Shown here: piece after piece, positions 54,353 through 60,477 of the stretch
Layout: each line of letters begins with the position of its first letter
Numbering within the stretch: the stretch's first letter is position 1
Virus record (IMG/VR): IMGVR_UViG_3300043407_000092
Coordinates: 1 to 60,477 of that record
DNA: 60,477 nucleotides
Reading direction: 5' to 3' (one strand)
DNA from: a virus
Taxonomy: Duplodnaviria; Caudoviricetes
Made by a program: the position numbers and the translations under genes
The notes under the pieces: generated by a model
Databases searched by the model: none
What the model was told of the DNA's origin: nothing
What the model saw: only the letters and a program-made list of their open reading frames with translations

Positions 54353-57300
54353 TTAATCTCCTGCGATTTCTTCAGCTAGTTTACGGGTTCCTTTGGTGTA
54401 CTGCACACCGCCAACCGTCATACGCTCGCGTTTAGCTTGCTCTTGCGGTGCTTTTAGTAAGTCAGAAAACGGCTGCAACTTAAGACCATTTTCTTGTCGA
54501 GCTTTTTGAAGTTTCGTCCACGCCTCACGAGCTGACTGTTTAGCAGCAGCATCGTTGTTCTTAACAGCCTTAACATAGTCGTTTTTAACACGAGTCGTGC
54601 GCTCTTGGAAGTTTTCAGTAACATCACGCATGCGATTTTGTCGCTCATAAGTTACAGTTTCTTTAACAGACGGAACACCAAGACCGGTCAAAATGGCAGA
54701 AATTGCACTAATCTCTTCTGCGGGTAACACTACATCACCGTTACGGCGAGTCATACCTTCAGCAGCTTGGCGTCCAGCTTTGAGCGCGTCGGATACACCC
54801 TTGGGCATAGTGCGCTCAATACCTTTGTAGTAATCGCCACTGAGAATCAACCCCATGCCATCGGCTACACGAGATACCATACCTAACGATGCGCCCCCTA
54901 CTAGAGTGCCAAATGCTTCTGCACGGCCAGCCGTTGTGCTGAGATCGGCGTCACTAAATGGCATGATAGAAAGCATATTGCCGGAGCCAATCTTACCTGA
55001 CAGATCAACGCCTACTAATGTAGGAGCGCCGCGCATAATAAGATCAGACCACTCAGGACCAAGAGCCTTCCGCATATCTGCTGTCAAATCATAAGGGTCG
55101 TCTTCGTCACTGAACGCTTTAAGTAGAAAAGCAACAGCCGCATAACCAGGCAATCCCATCATGCCAGCAAAAACTGCGGAATGACCTAATGAAAAAGCCA
55201 GTGTGCGCATGGCAGCAGCCCGCTCGGCGGGATTTGTAAACGCATCGCGCAACAGTTTGGCGTAGAACGCAATCTGAATTAATTGGAACTTGCGGAACTG
55301 CAGTGCAACCTTACCCCACTGGCTGTTAAAAACGCGAGGTGCATTCATAGCAGTGTAGTCACCATGGGTATCAGTCAGGATATCAGCAGCGTACTGCGTA
55401 GCCTTTTCAGCATCCTTAGTTCGTGCAAACTCCAAACGGTATGCAGCAATGGCCGTAGACAGACGATTGGTAGCTTCCACTTTCTGGACAGCCAGTCGCA
55501 TGCTCTTGTTTAAACGTTGTGCAAACTTACCTAGCTTGCTATCAGCATCAACCTTGTACTCGTTAATTTCAGTGGCTAAGCCAATGTCAATCTGCCCTTG
55601 GTTAACGAGTTTGGTAATTGCTGCGCGTACATCAGCAGGAACTTTTGAAAAGTCAAACTGTTGGTCAAACAACTTAATGTCTTTAAACAGTGGGCCAAGT
55701 TCAGCGTACGCATCAAACAAAGCTTTGCCTGCCTTAGTGTAGTCATGGCGGCCAGCCAGTGCAGGCAGAGACATCATGAATGGCTGTGTCAAATTCTGCA
55801 TGTAATACGCAGGACTAGAAGCCAAGAAGTACTTAGAAGCCGTGTTAGTCAGGCCAGTAATAAAACCATTGCCCTTGGTTTCTAAAGACTCCACATAACG
55901 CTTGGTTAGTTCGTCAAAGATTTCTGATTTGCGTTCGCGGTTTCCGCCTCGGCGATCATTACGCATTTGCTGCAATGCATCTTGGATCAACGGCTCAAAC
56001 TCTACGTTAGCAAGGAAGTTGGCATCAGCGCGACCCTGACGAGTAAACGACTGCAGCATATCCACTTCACCAGCTACCCCACGACGACGCATCTCAGACT
56101 TGCGAGCACTACCCTCTGCCAACGCCTCCAAGTACAACTGGTTAACGATGTTTAACAGCTTGCTGCGACTAGAATCATCGCGTTTGTCAACCGCAGCACG
56201 AATTTTGGTCAACGCTGGCAAAAGCGCCTCACCGCTAAAGGCTTCTTCAAATGCCGTAGCTCGCTTAACAATATCTGGCTTGGTAAATACACCTTGGTCA
56301 GTTAGGTTGTCGCTAAGGGTACGTGCCGCCCACTTGGTATCAACAAAGCTAACATGGTAGTGGTCTGGGTCGGACTCAAGTTGTTTGATACGTTTTGTAT
56401 CTTTAGCAATTTCGGCAGCTTTGTACTCTGCAGATTTACCAATGACAACGTACGCACCGTCACGCTTAATAGGTGCATAGGGTTTACCCTCACGAATAGC
56501 AAACAATGTTTGGAATCGTTTAAGCGTGGCAACTTTTTCAGCTTTAAGCGCTGCTAGTTCCCCTTCAGCTTTTTGTTTTTCCTTGGCATCTGTTGCCGTG
56601 TTAACCATGTTCTGAGCTGCCTGAATCATGGCATCGTACTCAGAGTTTGCAGACTTCAAGACACTTTGTTTCTTTTGAGACAAAATCTTGTCACCATGAG
56701 CAAACACGTTCTTAACAAACTTTTGAGCTTTGGGGCCTAGCTTGTCAAATGCATCACCCATTTTGTCATCGCGGTACTTGCCGTAACCCCACTTCAGAGT
56801 ACGAGTAGACTCAAACAAGAAGTCGTTAACACTACCGCGGCCAGCACCCTTGAACTCTGGTTCAATATCAGCGTAGCCATCTGCAATGCTTTCAATTTCA
56901 CGTTCAAACTCACTGACACGCGCTCTGCGTTGCGACAAAGCATCGGCAAAACTTTGAGCAGAAGTTAGCCCAGCGTCTACGGCACGTTTAATTAAGTCGC
57001 TTGTAAATACAACGTAGTCTAGGCCAGCGCCTGTTACGTCACCTAAAGCAAGAACAATATTGCGTACAGGAGACCGAGAAGCTTTAGGCAGCTTGGCAAT
57101 GTTGTTTTGGATTACCCCTTGGCTCGGCCTTGCCATTCTTAAAATTGCTGGCTGAAACGCCGTCGCCGACACTAAATCAATCTTTGCGCCGTCCCAATTG
57201 CGCCGTGCACGCTCCAAAGCGTGGCTGACATTTAAACCGCGCATACCATCTGTAAAAGGCGCATCGCCCGGGAATGTTACCTTGACGGTAATTTCTTTTT

Positions 57301-60300
57301 TGTACTTTGATTCTTCGTAGGATTTGGGGGCTTTCCCCATGCCCATTAACGAGTCTGGGGCGTTTCCATACGGAACGGCTGAAGTGATCCTTTGGGTTCC
57401 ACGATAGGCTTGAACTTGCGAGGATTCTGCTGTAGTTGCTGCGCCCGTTTGAGCATCTGCGCCACCTTTGTTTTGTTTTGCGGTTTCATCACTAGCCTCC
57501 ATAAAATCATAAGTAGCCGGTAGGTTATCTGCCAAATAGGCATTGCCTTCACGGGTGTTGTAAAAAGCCCAAAGCTGCGCAAAGACTTCCATGCGAGTCT
57601 CGTCAGCACTCATATTCTTAGTGTCGTTTCGGCTGTGGTCGAGAGGGTAGCCCATAGACCTTGTAAAGTCTGAATCTGGATTTTCAGCCATGTGAGTCAT
57701 AATTTCAGACACCACAGAACCCATAGGTTTAACAACACCTTTTTGAATAGTCAGATTAAACTCAGGCAGGCCAGAAAAAATACCACCTGTTGTAAACGCA
57801 GCATCTGCAATGTGGCCCAGCTCGTGATGAATAGCCCAGTTAGCTGCATCAGAATTAACCAGCATGCCAGAACGTACTGCCAAAGTCTGTTTACCGTCCA
57901 CCATCATAATGGCAGCGTCAAAGTCAACAGTGTCTGGGGCAACCATCCACAACTCAACGTCATCAATTACTTGACGAAGATCGTTATTTTCATAATGACT
58001 TAGCGCACTTTCAACGCCGGGAAATCTGCGCAGGCTAGCCTCGTCAGTAATTTGGCCATCAAACTTTAATGTTCCGGCAGTAACTTCAACCGTGTCGCCT
58101 TTAGTAAGACGTAAAACGCGGTTAACCGCTACATCAATAGTTTCTTCTTTACCCACTACATCAGCAGCTGCAACGCCTTTAGCGCCTTGGCCATCTTCAG
58201 TACGGGTCTCTGTGCGGGTCTCGGCAGCAAACATCTGAGCTGCTTGTTCTTGTGCATCAGGCACGACAAAAACCATACCGCCATCAAGATTGGCAATGTT
58301 GGGAGCAATCTCGTTAATAAAGGTGTCATGCTTGGTATTGATACAGCCATAGCTAACACGGTTGTCTGCTGCTGTAGGAGTATCTAATCGACCTAAACGA
58401 TTCTCAGACGGTGTGCTAGTGTCTGCAGCGTGGATGGCAATGTAGCCCGTGTAGTCTTTAGACTCAACCAAGATTAACTCTTGGCCACCAGCGTACGTAG
58501 ATGGTCTAGCTTTAAGAGTAAATTTACCAGCAGGGGTAACTTTTGCGCCGCCTTCCAAAGAAGACACAGCTTCCATCACGTCACCAGTATCTTTGCCGTA
58601 CAGCGTAGGGTCAGACAAAGCGTGTGAGCCATCTTCTTTAAAGATATGCAGCATGCCGTTTGGCTTGTCGGCAACCATAAACCATTTACCAGACTTCATT
58701 GCCACAGGAGCCATGGCTTCATACACGCTTTGAGCAGTCGGTGACATTTGAGCTTTAGCTACAGCAGGTACGGCTTGCGTTACTTCAATGGTCTGTTCAA
58801 ATGTTTTAGCAACGTTAAGAGCAAACGCATCTTTGGTAATGTTCGGGTTGAACACAATACCCATGGCAAGTACGCCTTCGGCCATTGATTTGATGATGCT
58901 ACGAATAGCACCTGCAACAGCTTCTGCACCTTGAGTAACATACTTGGTAATGTCCTCTTGTACTTTGCGTAAGAACTCAGCGCTGTCACGCTTCTCACCA
59001 TAGTGCTTTTCAAGACGATCAATCTGAGGCGCTGGTAGCGCGGCAACCTGTTGGGTAACCTGCTCATCAATGATGCGAGTTTCACCTTCAATGGTGACTG
59101 GCTCTTTAGTCAGCAACTGCTGCAAGCCCATCTCTTTGGCAACTGAGGGTTTACCATTAGTACGGACAGCTAAGTCAGTCAGGTAACCTTGCTCAAGCTT
59201 GTTTAACTGCTCGTACGGAACTAAGCCGGGTGTCTTAGCAGAAAGGTTTTCCCACAGGGCTTTGCCTCTATCTATTTGCTCTTCGGCTTGGCCTTGGGTT
59301 TGACCTTTGCTGGCAGGTTTTTCGGCACGCCGTACTTGGCCGCCCACTCTTTTGCCACCTTTGGTTTCTGACTGAACAGGTACGAGCGCTGTGCTTGTGA
59401 CTTGAACGGCATTTGTTTTCTCCAGTTTAGCCATCTGGACAGACAGCTCTTTTGTTTGACCGCTTTGAAAATCTACGGTTACGGTAGTTGCATCTCCGTC
59501 GCCAGAAAAACTTCTAACAATCCCAGTACCCAACTTGGGGTTTACTACAGTGTCGCCAACTTCAAAACCTTTGCGGTCAGCAGCGCGTTTAGCAGCGGCC
59601 TTAGCACGAAGTTTTTCAGCTTCAGCTTTTTTGGCGTCATCAGCATTGTTAACAGAAATTGATTCTGGCTCGGCCTCTTTAGCTGCTGCAACTAAATCAA
59701 CTTCACCATCCGTGTCTCCCAAACCAGCAGTTTCTTTAACTGCTGCTTGAGCGCGTTTTTCAACGGCGCGAACTTTGACAAGTTGTTCTGCCAATTTAGC
59801 ATTGAGCTCTTTTAGTTTGGCTTCATCAGTCTCAGCAGCCAAGGCTTCTAGTGTGGCATCAATTTCTTTTTGGAGCTTAGTAAAGCCTTCAACTTCAGAA
59901 GTACCAGCACCAGCAGTGTTTACAATATTTTCTAAGCCGCCCTCAATAGCTTCACTTTCACTAATTGCTGACGGTTGATTTTGCCCAAAAATCTCACGCT
60001 CAACGGCTGAACCTGTTACATCTTGTTCAAGTGGCGTAAATGCGTTTTTAATCTGCTCATCTGTTAGACCCAATTCGGTTCTGGCTTGCGCAACGCGAGC
60101 GGCACGAGCTTCAGCACCTGTAGCCCCTGCAATCTTCTGTATGGAAGAGCGAGTCAAACCATACTTGGCAGCAGCATTAGGCTCAGACATACCCATGCCA
60201 ATAACATCAAAGATAATATCGCCGTTGCGCTCACCAAAAATACGTTGTAACAAAACTTGACGTTCGTCCACAACAGGTGGATTACTGCGTTTAGTCTGTT

Positions 60301-60477
60301 CATCCTGCAACAACTTATATTCAGCGTCGCTAATGTTGATGTTTGTTAATTCGGCAGTTAGTTGGTCGTCAGACAATTTACTGACAACATCAGGCGTAAC
60401 TTCTCCGCGAGCTAAAACGGCTGGTTGTCGCGTTGTTTGCGGTCTTTGCGTTTCTGTTTGCTGGGCTTGAGCGGCTT
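54353..60477 (-). CDS. C-terminal part of giant polyvalent protein (HTH-like, Tudor, L,D-transpeptidase-like, zincin and PLxRFG domains)
   Basis: 2007-aa track ORF whose frame stays open through the junction to ATG 1931. Motifs: GDTVVNPKLGTG, IAIH...SYGCIN, HELGH, PYAPIKRDG. Confidence 0.9.
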   Translation of the reverse strand, partial: AAQAQQTETQRPQTTRQPAVLARGEVTPDVVSKLSDDQLTAELTNINISDAEYKLLQDEQTKRSNPPVVDERQVLLQRIFGERNGDIIFDVIGMGMSEPNAAAKYGLTRSSIQKIAGATGAEARAARVAQARTELGLTDEQIKNAFTPLEQDVTGSAVEREIFGQNQPSAISESEAIEGGLENIVNTAGAGTSEVEGFTKLQKEIDATLEALAAETDEAKLKELNAKLAEQLVKVRAVEKRAQAAVKETAGLGDTDGEVDLVAAAKEAEPESISVNNADDAKKAEAEKLRAKAAAKRAADRKGFEVGDTVVNPKLGTGIVRSFSGDGDATTVTVDFQSGQTKELSVQMAKLEKTNAVQVTSTALVPVQSETKGGKRVGGQVRRAEKPASKGQTQGQAEEQIDRGKALWENLSAKTPGLVPYEQLNKLEQGYLTDLAVRTNGKPSVAKEMGLQQLLTKEPVTIEGETRIIDEQVTQQVAALPAPQIDRLEKHYGEKRDSAEFLRKVQEDITKYVTQGAEAVAGAIRSIIKSMAEGVLAMGIVFNPNITKDAFALNVAKTFEQTIEVTQAVPAVAKAQMSPTAQSVYEAMAPVAMKSGKWFMVADKPNGMLHIFKEDGSHALSDPTLYGKDTGDVMEAVSSLEGGAKVTPAGKFTLKARPSTYAGGQELILVESKDYTGYIAIHAADTSTPSENRLGRLDTPTAADNRVSYGCINTKHDTFINEIAPNIANLDGGMVFVVPDAQEQAAQMFAAETRTETRTEDGQGAKGVAAADVVGKEETIDVAVNRVLRLTKGDTVEVTAGTLKFDGQITDEASLRRFPGVESALSHYENNDLRQVIDDVELWMVAPDTVDFDAAIMMVDGKQTLAVRSGMLVNSDAANWAIHHELGHIADAAFTTGGIFSGLPEFNLTIQKGVVKPMGSVVSEIMTHMAENPDSDFTRSMGYPLDHSRNDTKNMSADETRMEVFAQLWAFYNTREGNAYLADNLPATYDFMEASDETAKQNKGGADAQTGAATTAESSQVQAYRGTQRITSAVPYGNAPDSLMGMGKAPKSYEESKYKKEITVKVTFPGDAPFTDGMRGLNVSHALERARRNWDGAKIDLVSATAFQPAILRMARPSQGVIQNNIAKLPKASRSPVRNIVLALGDVTGAGLDYVVFTSDLIKRAVDAGLTSAQSFADALSQRRARVSEFEREIESIADGYADIEPEFKGAGRGSVNDFLFESTRTLKWGYGKYRDDKMGDAFDKLGPKAQKFVKNVFAHGDKILSQKKQSVLKSANSEYDAMIQAAQNMVNTATDAKEKQKAEGELAALKAEKVATLKRFQTLFAIREGKPYAPIKRDGAYVVIGKSAEYKAAEIAKDTKRIKQLESDPDHYHVSFVDTKWAARTLSDNLTDQGVFTKPDIVKRATAFEEAFSGEALLPALTKIRAAVDKRDDSSRSKLLNIVNQLYLEALAEGSARKSEMRRRGVAGEVDMLQSFTRQGRADANFLANVEFEPLIQDALQQMRNDRRGGNRERKSEIFDELTKRYVESLETKGNGFITGLTNTASKYFLASSPAYYMQNLTQPFMMSLPALAGRHDYTKAGKALFDAYAELGPLFKDIKLFDQQFDFSKVPADVRAAITKLVNQGQIDIGLATEINEYKVDADSKLGKFAQRLNKSMRLAVQKVEATNRLSTAIAAYRLEFARTKDAEKATQYAADILTDTHGDYTAMNAPRVFNSQWGKVALQFRKFQLIQIAFYAKLLRDAFTNPAERAAAMRTLAFSLGHSAVFAGMMGLPGYAAVAFLLKAFSDEDDPYDLTADMRKALGPEWSDLIMRGAPTLVGVDLSGKIGSGNMLSIMPFSDADLSTTAGRAEAFGTLVGGASLGMVSRVADGMGLILSGDYYKGIERTMPKGVSDALKAGRQAAEGMTRRNGDVVLPAEEISAISAILTGLGVPSVKETVTYERQNRMRDVTENFQERTTRVKNDYVKAVKNNDAAAKQSAREAWTKLQKARQENGLKLQPFSDLLKAPQEQAKRERMTVGGVQYTKGTRKLAEEIAGD
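57346..57489 (-). CDS. Nested +1-frame small protein C (47 aa, MKPQNKTKVAQMLKRAQQLQQNPRKFKP...)
   Basis: GGAGG (57496-57500) lies 6 nt before ATG 57489, right after the zincin domain. Confidence 0.55.
   Translation of the reverse strand: MKPQNKTKVAQMLKRAQQLQQNPRKFKPIVEPKGSLQPFRMETPQTR
59272..59412 (-). CDS. Nested +1-frame small basic protein B (46 aa, MPFKSQAQRSYLFSQKPKVAKEWAAKYG...)
   Basis: GGAG (59420-59423) lies 7 nt before ATG 59412. The sequence resembles free-standing small phage proteins beginning MPFKS.AQR..L...P.VAK.W. Confidence 0.75.
   Translation of the reverse strand: MPFKSQAQRSYLFSQKPKVAKEWAAKYGVPKNLPAKVKPKAKPKSK
60351..60477. repeat. 127-bp terminal overlap (copy of 1-127)
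   Basis: Exact identity with the window start. Confidence 0.95.

Noticed and set aside
58156-58359. +1-frame ORF after the L,D-transpeptidase-like domain
   Set aside because: No convincing SD precedes any of its ATGs and the product is not protein-like.
59692-59709. Another GGAG-6nt-ATG in the +1 frame of the giant gene
   Set aside because: It encodes only MVKLI before a stop. This shows that SD-ATG pairs arise by chance, so it is not counted as a nested gene.
60351-60477. Terminal repeat as a biological direct terminal repeat
   Set aside because: Its length equals a common assembly k-mer (127) and it falls in the middle of a gene, so it is best explained as a circularisation overlap.

Overview
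The window is a complete, circularly assembled genome (60,350 bp unique; bases 1-127 = 60351-60477) of a tailed dsDNA phage with podovirus-type architecture. The Rz/Rz1 spanins indicate a Gram-negative host. One arm runs on the minus strand from about 31.7 kb leftward and wraps across the contig junction to about 52.7 kb. It carries terminase, portal, scaffold, major capsid protein, tail adaptors, two tail fibres, a 2OG-Fe(II) oxygenase / heme oxygenase / PcyX-type bilin reductase cassette, an expanded lysis cassette, ejection proteins, a ~2642-aa polyvalent protein split by the junction, and small basic proteins. The other arm runs on the plus strand (32.3-52.6 kb) with many small early genes, a MoxR-type ATPase/vWA module, a family A DNA polymerase, nucleases, an SNF2 helicase, a probable SSB and a primase-helicase. 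I recognised no integrase, CI-type repressor, tRNA or CRISPR array. The strongest unexplained signals are four. (1) A candidate ~75-nt small RNA (about 52268-52340) has its own sigma70-like promoter and terminator and is complementary to a (TTT)TCAACCAC + Shine-Dalgarno motif in the leaders of several early/replication genes. (2) Three small genes with their own SD are nested in the +1 frame of the giant polyvalent gene, each in an inter-domain linker. (3) The giant protein combines an L,D-transpeptidase-like domain, a UvrD/PcrA-type Tudor domain, an HExxH zincin and a PLxRFG domain. (4) The hemO-pcyX bilin cassette is wedged between tail and lysis genes. Product calls come from motif recognition by eye and synteny; no searches were run.
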